Shown piece by piece: positions 36,714-45,358 of a stretch of DNA of 64,000 nucleotides. Positions within the stretch are counted from its first letter, which is position 1. Each line of letters starts with the position of its first letter. The notes under the pieces are model-generated. The model saw nothing but the letters and a program-made list of their open reading frames with translations. It ran no database searches and was not told the origin of the DNA. The DNA comes from a virus (lineage: Duplodnaviria > Caudoviricetes), in the IMG/VR virus record IMGVR_UViG_3300025875_000011, positions 1 to 64,000 of that record. One strand, given 5' to 3'. Position numbers and translations under genes: made by a program.

Positions 36714-38947
36714 CGTGCTCCTGTCAGCTGGGCCGTCTCGGGCCACAGCGTGGGGTGGGGGGCCGGGTCGTTGTTGTACCCCGACAGTCCGTTGCCGTGG
36801 TTCGGCCACGACCCCGTGATCTGCGGTGCGCTCTTGGTGCCCTCGTCAAGGAGAGACTCGCCGTGGACGTGGGACCCGGACCCGACGCTCGACCGTCCGG
36901 GGACGTTGCGGGCCCAAGCCGCGAACCCGGCCTGACGCATCGCCGTCTCCTTCGAGATGCAGTCGTCAGCGCCCGAGCAGGCGACGTCGACAGCACCCGG
37001 GTACTTGTGGGAGGTGCCCGACGCTCCGATGTGGCCGCCGCCGTACCCGCCTTGCATGAGGACCAGGTCCTTCCCGGTCTTCGACTCGACGAGGCGGATC
37101 TGGGCGGCGGTGATCGCGGACACGAACTTGCCGTCCATCGTCACCTTCTGCGACGGGACCGAGGGCGGGGCCACGACGCCGACCCCGATGGCCGCCTGGG
37201 CCGACGACGTCGCGATCTCGTGCCACACCGCTTGACGGGCGGTGTGGTCGGACCCGAACTTGCCGAGGTCGTGGACCTCGTCGGGCATCCGGCCGGTGGT
37301 GGCGATGACGTCGATGGTCCGCTTGCGCAGCGTCGGGGACAGGTCGGGCATGTGGAGACCGACCTGGGCGTACATCCCGTTCGGGTCGCCGTCGAAGTTC
37401 ATGTCGCCCATGACGATGACCGGGCCGAGGGGGGCGTGCTGTCGGACGACCTCCTGCAACTTCTTCCACCCCCGGATGGCGACCGCGATCCGGTGGGGCT
37501 CGTCGGGGTTGAGGACGCCGTGGCTCTGAATGTGGGGCAGCTGGTGCTGGTTGACGTACGTCTCGACCTGGCCGGTCCGGATACCGTCGGGTCCCTTCTT
37601 GGCCAGGACCATGACGACGAGGTAGCGGTCGCCCTGGTCGGGACCCTCGACGTTGTCGCCGCGCTCGTAGTAGCCGATGGTGTCGTCGGCCACGAGGTCG
37701 TAGGTCTTGCGGTCGTAGAACATCTCGTGGCTGGTGTGCTTCCCGACGAACGCGAAGTCCTGGCCGTCCATAGCCGCGTTGACGGCCTCCTTCCGGTCGG
37801 GGTCGGACAACTCCTGGGTGGCGATCACCTTCGCCTGCTTGGTGAACCCGACGAGGGCCTTCACCACCCGCTGGTCGTTGCCGTGCTGCTCGCGGGGGTA
37901 GACGCTGCCGTGGTAGCCGTTCCAGGTGATGACGGAGGTCCCCGAGATCGGAGCCCCCGCCCCCGCCGTCGGCGAGCAGCCGGGCGTCGGGCCCGGGGTC
38001 GTCGGGACGGTCGGAGCCGGGGCCGGGGCCTCCTCGCCGGGGCCCACGCCGGACGTGTCGCCCGGGCCGGTCCCGTTCGTCTTCGGCTCGAGGAGCTTCC
38101 CGAGGCCCTTCCCGACCTGCGGGGCCAGGCCGCCGACCTCGCTGCCCGGGACCGGGCTCCCACCGTCGCCGCTGGGCGGGGCCGTGGAGATCGTGGCGTA
38201 GCGGGCGTACTGGCCGACGTGGGACTGGGCCGTCTTGTACGTCGACCAGTCACCGGCCCACGTTCCCCCGCGCCCCTTCCACAGCGCGTAGGCGTACTTC
38301 GCGTTGACGTACGGGTCGGTCCGGTCGCCCAGCTTCAAGTGGTCAGCGTTCGGGCCGGAGATCTGCCAGTAGCCGACGTGGTTGCTCGAGTTGGCGATGT
38401 CGTGGTCGTAGCCCGACTCGTACTTGGCGATCGACACACCGAGCGGGATCTGGCCGAGCCACTTCGCGTCGGTCGGGGCCGCCGCGCGGAGCGCAGCCGC
38501 GGCCAGGTCGGGGCCGTCCTCGCCGGCCGTCCCGCTGGTCCCAGCGGGCGACAGCGGAGCGTTGGGGCTGGAGGGGAGGGTGACGGCTGGCTGGCAGCAC
38601 GACGCGAGCGCAGCGGCCCGACGCTTCTCGGTCTCGACCTGCCACCCCGTCTGCCAGGTGCTGTCCTCGCCGGTCTTCACGTTGGAGTCGAAGTTGTCGA
38701 ACCAGCCCTCGATCGTCCCGATCCCGCCCATGACGTTGCGGTAGATGTCGAGCGCCGACGGGGCGTCACCCTCGGTGAAGTTGTGGACGACCTTCCCGAA
38801 GGAGCCGACCTTCTCCCCGACGGAGAACGCGGCCGGGGTCCCGACCTCCCCGCCGCACGTCACCTCGACCTCGTCCATGTTGAAGGCGACGATCCCGACG
38901 AGGAGCACGCCGACGGTCAGCGCGGCGGTCTTGCGTCCGAGGCTCAC
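36710..38947 (-). CDS. Exported three-domain protein: lytic transglycosylase + EEP phosphodiesterase + M15-like peptidase
   Basis: N-terminal TM/signal; AKYESG...GYWQI...DPYVNAKYA (SLT); TWN, TQE, MGDMN, IDVI, SDH (EEP); SH...AVD...HVH (M15). Confidence 0.8.
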   Translation of the reverse strand: MSLGRKTAALTVGVLLVGIVAFNMDEVEVTCGGEVGTPAAFSVGEKVGSFGKVVHNFTEGDAPSALDIYRNVMGGIGTIEGWFDNFDSNVKTGEDSTWQTGWQVETEKRRAAALASCCQPAVTLPSSPNAPLSPAGTSGTAGEDGPDLAAAALRAAAPTDAKWLGQIPLGVSIAKYESGYDHDIANSSNHVGYWQISGPNADHLKLGDRTDPYVNAKYAYALWKGRGGTWAGDWSTYKTAQSHVGQYARYATISTAPPSGDGGSPVPGSEVGGLAPQVGKGLGKLLEPKTNGTGPGDTSGVGPGEEAPAPAPTVPTTPGPTPGCSPTAGAGAPISGTSVITWNGYHGSVYPREQHGNDQRVVKALVGFTKQAKVIATQELSDPDRKEAVNAAMDGQDFAFVGKHTSHEMFYDRKTYDLVADDTIGYYERGDNVEGPDQGDRYLVVMVLAKKGPDGIRTGQVETYVNQHQLPHIQSHGVLNPDEPHRIAVAIRGWKKLQEVVRQHAPLGPVIVMGDMNFDGDPNGMYAQVGLHMPDLSPTLRKRTIDVIATTGRMPDEVHDLGKFGSDHTARQAVWHEIATSSAQAAIGVGVVAPPSVPSQKVTMDGKFVSAITAAQIRLVESKTGKDLVLMQGGYGGGHIGASGTSHKYPGAVDVACSGADDCISKETAMRQAGFAAWARNVPGRSSVGSGSHVHGESLLDEGTKSAPQITGSWPNHGNGLSGYNNDPAPHPTLWPETAQLTGAR

Positions 38948-39249
38948 CGGCGGAACACCCGCATCACGGCAGCGACCAGGAGGAGGACCAGCCCGATGAG
39001 GCCGATGACACCTCCCGCGTTGGGGAGGCCCGCGGTGGCGAACTTTCCGCCGCCCATGAGCACCCCGACACCGGTCGCGGCGACCCAGGTGGAGCGCCGG
39101 TAGGTCTTCTTCGGCGGGGTGGCGGGGTCAGCGTCTCGCGCGTCCTGGGCCTGGAGGTCGCGGCCGCGGCGGGACACGGTGGACTCCCGGACGTGGACGG
39201 TCCTGCCGTTGACGGTGCGGACGTGAGCTCGCCGGGTGAAGGTGCTCAT
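38944..39249 (-). CDS. Small basic membrane protein
   Basis: Basic N-terminus (repeat RAHVRTVNGRTVHVRE) and two C-terminal TM helices; overlapped packing. Confidence 0.7.
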   Translation of the reverse strand: MSTFTRRAHVRTVNGRTVHVRESTVSRRGRDLQAQDARDADPATPPKKTYRRSTWVAATGVGVLMGGGKFATAGLPNAGGVIGLIGLVLLLVAAVMRVFRR

Positions 39250-41303
39250 TCGCTGTCTCCGAAGCCTGGGATGTGGGTGAGGTGGTCGCCGCCGACGAGG
39301 ACCGGTTCACGTCGGGGGACCGGCTTGCGCTTCCGGGTCCGCGGCTTGGCCTTCGGCTTCGGCTCTTCGACGACGTCGACGACCTCGCCCTCGAGCACGA
39401 CGGGAGCCGTCGCGTGGGGGTAGCCGCGGTACGCGTGGAGGATGTCGATGGGGGCCTGGTCCTCGAACAGGTCGGGCTCGACCGGCTCGGGCGTCTTGCG
39501 CTTCCGCTTCGGCAGATCGAGGGGGGTGATCTCCCCGTCGCGGTCGAACTTCGGGCCCCGGTAGGTGAGGCGGGTCAGGTGGGTGGCCCGGTTGTTCCCC
39601 GCGCCGGCGATGTTGAACATCGGCTGGAGGGCGTGGATCTCCTTCGACTCCCAGGCGAGCGCGGTCGGCTCGCCTGGGAAGACGCCCGACTCGGTCCAAC
39701 GGACGTGGGTGGCCCACCAGCGGCAGTCGACGTTGGAGCAGCCGGGGAACGGGCACCAGCCCTTCCACACGTCGTCGCGGCGGTGCTCGCCGTAGCGGCG
39801 GTCCCGCTTGTTCGTCTCCCCCGAGTAGATGTGGATGGCCCGTCCCTTCGGGGTGACGCCGAACGCGCGGTAGCCGTAGTGGGGACGCAGACCGTTGCGG
39901 AGTTCCCGGGCCAGGTCGCGGGTCATCATGTTCTCGGGCAGCTCGCCGGTCGTCATGAGGTGGCGGACGTGCTGCTTCCCGACGTCGGCGGTGCGGAACT
40001 TCATCCGCTCCCCCTCCTCGGTGACGTAGTAGCCGACGCCCCGCATCCCGAAAGGGATCTGGGAGCAGGGGACGCCTTCGTTCTCCCCGATTCCGAGGAC
40101 AGCCTTCGTGTCCTCAGCCGACGTCTGACGCATCGAGGCCCGCAGCTGGAAAGCCTTTCGGATACCGCCGATCTCCTGGACGGTGGCGACCTGGACGCTC
40201 ATCCACACAAAGTCGGCGGTGCTCCGACCCTGAGACATGTAGACGCCCATGTCGGTCTTCGCCATTCCGGCCTGGAATAGCGGGGCCACGTCGAGGCCTT
40301 CGTCGATGATCGTCAAGACGCCGGGAAAGTCGGGGTTAGGCCCGCCGATGTCGTTGAGGTCCATCGCCTCCTTTTCGGCCAGGATCTCTTGACGTTCGTG
40401 GAGTTCGGCGCGCATGGCCTTGAAGTGTTCGGTGGCCTCCTCCAGCGTGGTGAAGTAGCCGCGGATGCGGATGTTCCCGTGGCCGAAGGACTTGCCGACC
40501 CACCGCTGGAACCAGCGCAACTCGGTGCGCTTCGGGTCGACGATCCACACGTCGGTCGGCGTCTCGTCGCGGACGAGGTCGAACCACAGGTTCCAGGTGA
40601 ACTTGCTCTTACCGGCCCCCGACGCGGCACCGACGAGGATGTTGAAGCCGTACGGGACCTGGGCCACCTTCCCGTCGTTCTGCCAGCCGAAGGAGATCGA
40701 CGCCTTCCCCGACGGGGGGAGGTCGAGGATCGACCGGGTCGCCTCGAGCGGGCTCTTGTCCCAGAACGTCAACCACCCAGCGCCCTTCCCGGACGGGCTG
40801 ATCGAGATCTCCTCGCACTTCATCGTCCCGGGGAGGACGGTGACGGCGTCAGCGGAGATGCGGGCCATGTCGCCACCGAGCGAGCCGGGACTGACGTAGG
40901 CCCGGACCTGCCCGGTCGGCGTCAACTTCTTGCGGAGGAGCTTCGGCTCGACCCCGTTCCACGACACCTTCTGGCCGGCCGTGTAGATGGCCCACCGGGC
41001 GTCGATGTCGCCGAACTTCTTCCCGCTGGTCAGGAAGTTGAACGGAAGCCGCCACCACGGGACCTCAACGCCTTCGTCGACGAGCTCGGCGCGACGGTCG
41101 ATGATCTTCGTGACCACCAGCCACAGCAGGACGGCGGCGATGGTGAGGAGGACGACCTTCCCGCCGCTGAAGATGTCGCCGGTGAGGTCCCAGCACAGCC
41201 ACCAGTAGAGGCCGAGGACGGTCAGCGCGACCGGGGGTGGGAAGTCCATCCACCGACGGTTCGGCGTGCCGATCCAGTTCCACAGATCCTTCATGGCCTT
41301 CAC
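39246..41303 (-). CDS. Membrane-anchored FtsK/SpoIIIE (TraB-like) ATPase with C-terminal GIY-YIG-like domain
   Basis: Two N-terminal TMs; Walker A GAASGAGKS, VDPK, Walker B LTIIDEG, QGRS; C-terminal HYGYR...IYSGETN...R...H...E..EI....PMFN. Confidence 0.85.
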   Translation of the reverse strand: MKAMKDLWNWIGTPNRRWMDFPPPVALTVLGLYWWLCWDLTGDIFSGGKVVLLTIAAVLLWLVVTKIIDRRAELVDEGVEVPWWRLPFNFLTSGKKFGDIDARWAIYTAGQKVSWNGVEPKLLRKKLTPTGQVRAYVSPGSLGGDMARISADAVTVLPGTMKCEEISISPSGKGAGWLTFWDKSPLEATRSILDLPPSGKASISFGWQNDGKVAQVPYGFNILVGAASGAGKSKFTWNLWFDLVRDETPTDVWIVDPKRTELRWFQRWVGKSFGHGNIRIRGYFTTLEEATEHFKAMRAELHERQEILAEKEAMDLNDIGGPNPDFPGVLTIIDEGLDVAPLFQAGMAKTDMGVYMSQGRSTADFVWMSVQVATVQEIGGIRKAFQLRASMRQTSAEDTKAVLGIGENEGVPCSQIPFGMRGVGYYVTEEGERMKFRTADVGKQHVRHLMTTGELPENMMTRDLARELRNGLRPHYGYRAFGVTPKGRAIHIYSGETNKRDRRYGEHRRDDVWKGWCPFPGCSNVDCRWWATHVRWTESGVFPGEPTALAWESKEIHALQPMFNIAGAGNNRATHLTRLTYRGPKFDRDGEITPLDLPKRKRKTPEPVEPDLFEDQAPIDILHAYRGYPHATAPVVLEGEVVDVVEEPKPKAKPRTRKRKPVPRREPVLVGGDHLTHIPGFGDSE

Positions 41304-41386
41304 GGTGCGGGGGTCCTTCCGGGGGGTGGTGGTGGTAGACGAGGACGTCGGTACCCAGTGCAGGTACCGACGCCCTCAGGGGTGGC

Positions 41387-41617
41387 TCAGCCCTTCGACG
41401 GAGCCGAAGCGATGTCGAACGCCTTGTCGAACTTGTCGCCACCGCCGGAGAGGGAACCGGCGAGGACGCCGGCTCCCTGCTCACCGGTGTCGCGGACGGC
41501 GTTCGTCATGTTGGCCGCGGCCTGGACGTCTCGCATCTGCGCGATCCCTCCGATGGCGAACGACAGGATGATGAACGTGCCGAGGATCAGTCGGCTCAGG
41601 GATCCGCTCTTGAACAT
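41387..41617 (-). CDS. Small membrane/exported protein (pilin-like size)
   Basis: 76 aa, single N-terminal hydrophobic helix; first gene of the FtsK module. Confidence 0.65.
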   Translation of the reverse strand: MFKSGSLSRLILGTFIILSFAIGGIAQMRDVQAAANMTNAVRDTGEQGAGVLAGSLSGGGDKFDKAFDIASAPSKG

Positions 41618-41660
41618 GAGGTGGGTGCCTCTCGGATGGGGGTCGGGGGGAGCGGTTGGC

Positions 41661-41683
41661 CTGACCCCCCGGAAGGGGGTCAG
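41661..41683 (-). terminator. Hairpin ctgaccccc-cggaa-gggggtcag
   Basis: 9-bp stem between the long inverted repeat and the 41617 start; no clear U-tract. Confidence 0.45.
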
Positions 41684-41687
41684 TGCT

Positions 41688-42338
41688 TGGTCCTGCCGCA
41701 GGTCACACTCGCTGGACCGGGGAGTCCGTCACTCCCCCGACGGGGTGGGACGTCTCGGTGCTGGAGTCCTGCTGGACGAGGGGACAGGGGCCTCGCGTTC
41801 CTTCCCTTGGTGGTGGTGTCGGGGCGGGGGTTCGGACCCTCCCCTGGCTGAGCAGCCCTCAGGATAGCGTGAACCGGTTCCACGGTGGTAGGCGGCGGCC
41901 CAGCGGGGCCTACGCCTACCACTCCAGCTGCCCTATCCACCGGTCGGGAACGGGCTGCTGTTGACGCCTGCTTGACATGGCGAATAGGATCGGCGTCGCA
42001 CCACTCGCTCCGCTCCCCGCGCGGCGCCGGACCCCCCCACCTCGTCCGGCCAGGCCCCGCCTGCCGCCCTCCCCCAACCTGTTGCTCGGGCTGGCTGTCG
42101 AGGTACGGCTCAGGCCCCGCAGTGCCGCCTTCTCCCACCGTGGAACCGGTTCCCGCGATCCTGTCGGTCTGCCCAGCCCGGGTCGGGTCCTCTCCCCCGC
42201 CCCTCCCCCACCACCTCGGGAGAGGAACGCTCGTCCCCTGTCCCCGCGTCCGCAGGACTCCCGCACCTTGACGTCCCACCCCGGCAGGGGAGGGACACAG
42301 ACTCCCCTGGTCCCGCGAGGGTGTCTGCGGGGGGACCA
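41688..42338 (-). repeat. Long imperfect inverted repeat (arms ~41688-41896 and ~42124-42338); candidate structured ncRNA
   Basis: Manual alignment; perfect 18-bp core GAACCGGTTCCACGGTGG (41871-41888 vs 42135-42152) plus many 5-14 bp matched blocks. Confidence 0.8.
41961..41990 (+). promoter_or_regulatory. Sigma70-type promoter TTGACG-N18-TAGGAT inside the repeat loop
   Basis: Consensus-like -35/-10 hexamers in a non-coding region. Confidence 0.5.
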
Positions 42339-42596
42339 CGACCCTCCTCGCGGGGGTCGTCCCCTAGGGGGGTGTGGGGGGGACAGCAAAGCGCCCGCCC
42401 CCCTGGGTGGGGACGGGCGCTCGGGTTGCGTCAGCGGGGGGTGGGGGGCCAGGTGGTGACGGCCAGGACCTTCGGTGCGCAGTTCTCGCACGCGATGGGG
42501 TGGGCGATGAGAACGACCCCATCCCGTAGGACGGCCTGCCACCGGGCCGTCATGACCCACACGCTGGCCAGGGAGTAGCGGGTGGTCTTGACCTGG

Positions 42597-42869
42597 CTAC
42601 TCAGCATGGCTGGCTCGCCGTCGCGCTCCGGAGGATCGCTTCCCGGAGTCGCGGTGGCGCTGGTCGATCGCCGTCTCTCCCGTGGAGTGGCCCTTCCACC
42701 CGGAGAGGGCGTAGCCGGCCGCGGCTCCCCACTCCGGGTCGGGGACGATGTCCTGGCGGCCGTTGAGGGCAGCTGGGGTGTGCTCGGGACAGCGGGGTCC
42801 GGGCTGGTACATCCGGACCCCCTTCGTGGCCGCGCAGGACTTCGTCTGGAGCCAGTGTTCGCACATCAT
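42597..42869 (-). CDS. Small Cys/His hypothetical protein
   Basis: CEHW...C...RCPEHTPAA motif. Confidence 0.6.
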   Translation of the reverse strand: MMCEHWLQTKSCAATKGVRMYQPGPRCPEHTPAALNGRQDIVPDPEWGAAAGYALSGWKGHSTGETAIDQRHRDSGKRSSGARRRASHAE

Positions 42870-43285
42870 CCGACCACCTTGACAGGTCGGCCCGGGCAAC
42901 GCGCGAACAGCGTCACGCCCTCCCCCTCCCCCGTGGTGTCCTCCACGGGGAAGGACCGGTGGCCCTGGGGGAAGGGGTGGGAGCGGAGCCACGGCTTCTT
43001 CGGCCAGGTGGTGAAGCACTGGGGGCAGATCCACCACCCGACCGGGTCGAAGACGCGCTTGGTCGGGATCGGCCAGGAGCCGGACGACGACGCGCCGACC
43101 TGGGGGTGGTCGGTGACGAGGTGGACGGTGGCCCGGTCGGGACACCACGGGTCCCCGCACACCGGGGCAGGGTGGGGTTCGGGCCGGAACAGCCAGGCCT
43201 CGAGGATGCGGGCCAGGGGGTGGATCACAGGCCACCTCCGCGACAGTTCGCGGTACACGTCCCGCCGTCGAGGATGTCGCACCAC
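42866..43285 (-). CDS. Hypothetical zinc-binding protein (start uncertain)
   Basis: CxxxxC and CPQC motifs. Confidence 0.5.
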   Translation of the reverse strand: MVRHPRRRDVYRELSRRWPVIHPLARILEAWLFRPEPHPAPVCGDPWCPDRATVHLVTDHPQVGASSSGSWPIPTKRVFDPVGWWICPQCFTTWPKKPWLRSHPFPQGHRSFPVEDTTGEGEGVTLFARCPGRPVKVVG

Positions 43286-43488
43286 GGGAGGTGGAGGGCG
43301 AGCTCGGCCTCACGCTTTACCCAAGCGCGGCCAGCGAGCGGCGCGAACACCGTCTCGCCGGGAGTCACGTTGGCCAGGTCGTCCCGGATGAGGTTCAGGT
43401 AGGCCGGCCGAGCCGGGTCCTGCTCGGGGTAGAGCGGGACCACGTTCACGTCCAGGGGGGCGGGGTCGAGGTCCATCCAGTCGGCCAT
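43225..43488 (-). CDS. Hypothetical protein
   Basis: 87 aa, overlaps the PLD stop. Confidence 0.55.
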   Translation of the reverse strand: MADWMDLDPAPLDVNVVPLYPEQDPARPAYLNLIRDDLANVTPGETVFAPLAGRAWVKREAELALHLPWCDILDGGTCTANCRGGGL

Positions 43489-44567
43489 CAGCGCCACACC
43501 TTCGACTCGCGGTGGACGAGGTCGAACCAGCGCATCGTCTGCTCGACTTCGGCCAGCGACTTGATCGTGACGATGGCGTTGGTGTTGTAGGAGCTGCCTC
43601 CCAAGTTCGCGGAGCCGGTGATCACCTCGTTGACCTTCTTCGACCGGATCAGGATCACCTTGGCATGGTCCTTCACCTCGGCGAACGACGTGTCGCGGGT
43701 GTCGATGTCGTATTTCCGGATCGCCTTCAACACGTCGGGCTCGGTCTGCTCGGACGCGATGACGAGGCGGACGTAGCAGCCCTGCCGCTTCTTCTTCCCG
43801 GCCTCGATCGCCACTTCCTTGCGGGAGTCGTTCCAGATCATCATCACGACCTCGATGGTCGGGCGGACTTTCTTCCCGTGGAGGGTGTAGGCGTCGCAGT
43901 TGACGGCCGCGACTTCCTTGGCCCGGTTGTCCGGCCCGCCCGGGAGATAGTCGATTTTCCAGCTGCCGTCCTTCGACTTGATCGACTTCGGCGACTTCAC
44001 CTTGCGGTCGTAGCCGAGCGCCTTCACCCAGGCGGTGGTGGTGGTGTAGATCTTCCGGTCGTACGTCGAGGACCAGGTGTTCCACTTCACCTCGCCGGTG
44101 TTGGTGACGTTCCCGGAGGCGAGGAGCGAGCGGCCGGTCGTCTCGTTCCCGAGGAACTTGAGGTGCTGGACGCCCTTCCCCTTCTTCGCGGACGCGGGGG
44201 ACCCGTCGGCCTTGATCGCCCACGAGCTGGCCTTCGGGTTCGACCCGAGGCGGTGGACGAGGTCGTCCATCGCGTTGTAGTGGTCGCCCTTCCACGACAG
44301 GACGCGGACGTTGACGTGGCGGGCGATGGCGCGGACGAGCGCGGAGTGGACCTCCCAGTTCGACAGGCCGTACGTGGCGAGGGTGAGGTCGTCGCCGGCC
44401 TTGGCCCGGTCGATCTCCAGGCGCATCTGGTGGTTGAAGGAGTCGGCGGTGGTCTTGGTCCCACCGGCCGAGGAGGGGATGTTGAAGGAGATCGCCTGAG
44501 CGGGAATCGCCGGGGCGACGAGGAGAGCGGTGGTGGCCAGGCCGGCCAGGACGGGGCGGAGCTTCAT
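43488..44567 (-). CDS. Secreted phospholipase D superfamily protein (two HxK motifs)
   Basis: Signal peptide ending AQA; HLKF...ASGN and HAKV...ITGSAN. Confidence 0.85.
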   Translation of the reverse strand: MKLRPVLAGLATTALLVAPAIPAQAISFNIPSSAGGTKTTADSFNHQMRLEIDRAKAGDDLTLATYGLSNWEVHSALVRAIARHVNVRVLSWKGDHYNAMDDLVHRLGSNPKASSWAIKADGSPASAKKGKGVQHLKFLGNETTGRSLLASGNVTNTGEVKWNTWSSTYDRKIYTTTTAWVKALGYDRKVKSPKSIKSKDGSWKIDYLPGGPDNRAKEVAAVNCDAYTLHGKKVRPTIEVVMMIWNDSRKEVAIEAGKKKRQGCYVRLVIASEQTEPDVLKAIRKYDIDTRDTSFAEVKDHAKVILIRSKKVNEVITGSANLGGSSYNTNAIVTIKSLAEVEQTMRWFDLVHRESKVWR

Positions 44568-44617
44568 GGGGTGGGTCCTTCTGTGGTGGTGGTGCGGGTG
44601 GTGGGTTGGTGGAGGCG

Positions 44618-45358
44618 TCAGAACGGGTCTCCTACTTGGGTGGTGGTGGGCTCGGGGTCGACCTTCTTGACCCACGGGAGGCGGACGGACGTGAACCCTC
44701 GGTCGATGCTGGCCCGGAGGTATCCGGGCTCGACCAGGCCGATCGAGACCATGACCGCGAGGAGCGCCCACAGCTGGTCGCCCGTCATGGGGGTGTCGAG
44801 GTAGAGGTGGCCGTGGCCTTCGGTCGTCGACGGCACATAGGTGACGGGGACGTCGAGGTCGATCACCGGGGCGTGGAGGGCCGTGGCGAGGTGCTCGGGG
44901 TCGATCGTCCCGTCCTTGCGGGTCTTGGGCCAGAACTCCTCCTGGATCAGCGAGGTGACGACGTCGGCCCGGGCGACACCGGTCGGGGCCACGCTCCCCT
45001 CGTAGGACGACCAGTCGGCCACGGTCCCTGTGACCCGCTTCACGGTGCCGGGGACCACCTTCGCGTCGTGCTCCGCGAGCACAGAGGCCGGGTAGTCCTC
45101 GCGGGGCATGATCCCGGGGCTGGTGGTCGCGTCTTGGAACTGCTCGGCCGTGACCTCGAGAGCCAGGTTCGTGAGGGTCGCGCTGACGGCCTCGGCCATC
45201 CGGTCCTCGGGGTCCTCGTCGGTCCGGGAGTCGAGGAACCGCACGAACGCGCCGAGCACGCCCGCGGCGGCGGCGTCGACCTCAGCTGCCGTGGTCGTCC
45301 GGGGGAGGGTCTCCTTGATCGCCGCGGCCACCTCCTCGCGGAGCGTGAGCGTGGTCAT
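44618..45358 (-). CDS. Conserved phage protein with DxD / HxH motifs
   Basis: HAPVIDLDVP...STTEGHGHLYLD...RLPWVKK. Confidence 0.7.
   Translation of the reverse strand: MTTLTLREEVAAAIKETLPRTTTAAEVDAAAAGVLGAFVRFLDSRTDEDPEDRMAEAVSATLTNLALEVTAEQFQDATTSPGIMPREDYPASVLAEHDAKVVPGTVKRVTGTVADWSSYEGSVAPTGVARADVVTSLIQEEFWPKTRKDGTIDPEHLATALHAPVIDLDVPVTYVPSTTEGHGHLYLDTPMTGDQLWALLAVMVSIGLVEPGYLRASIDRGFTSVRLPWVKKVDPEPTTTQVGDPF

Noticed and set aside
41688-42338. N15-type telomere resolution site or IS terminal repeats
   Set aside because: No protelomerase or transposase recognisable; arms are imperfect and separated by ~230 nt, unlike a telRL palindrome
41680-42560. ORFs called across the inverted repeat (41680-42339, 41916-42560, 41977-42459 and others)
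   Set aside because: They mirror each other because of the repeat (e.g. RNARPLSPRP on both strands), and lack SD and codon bias
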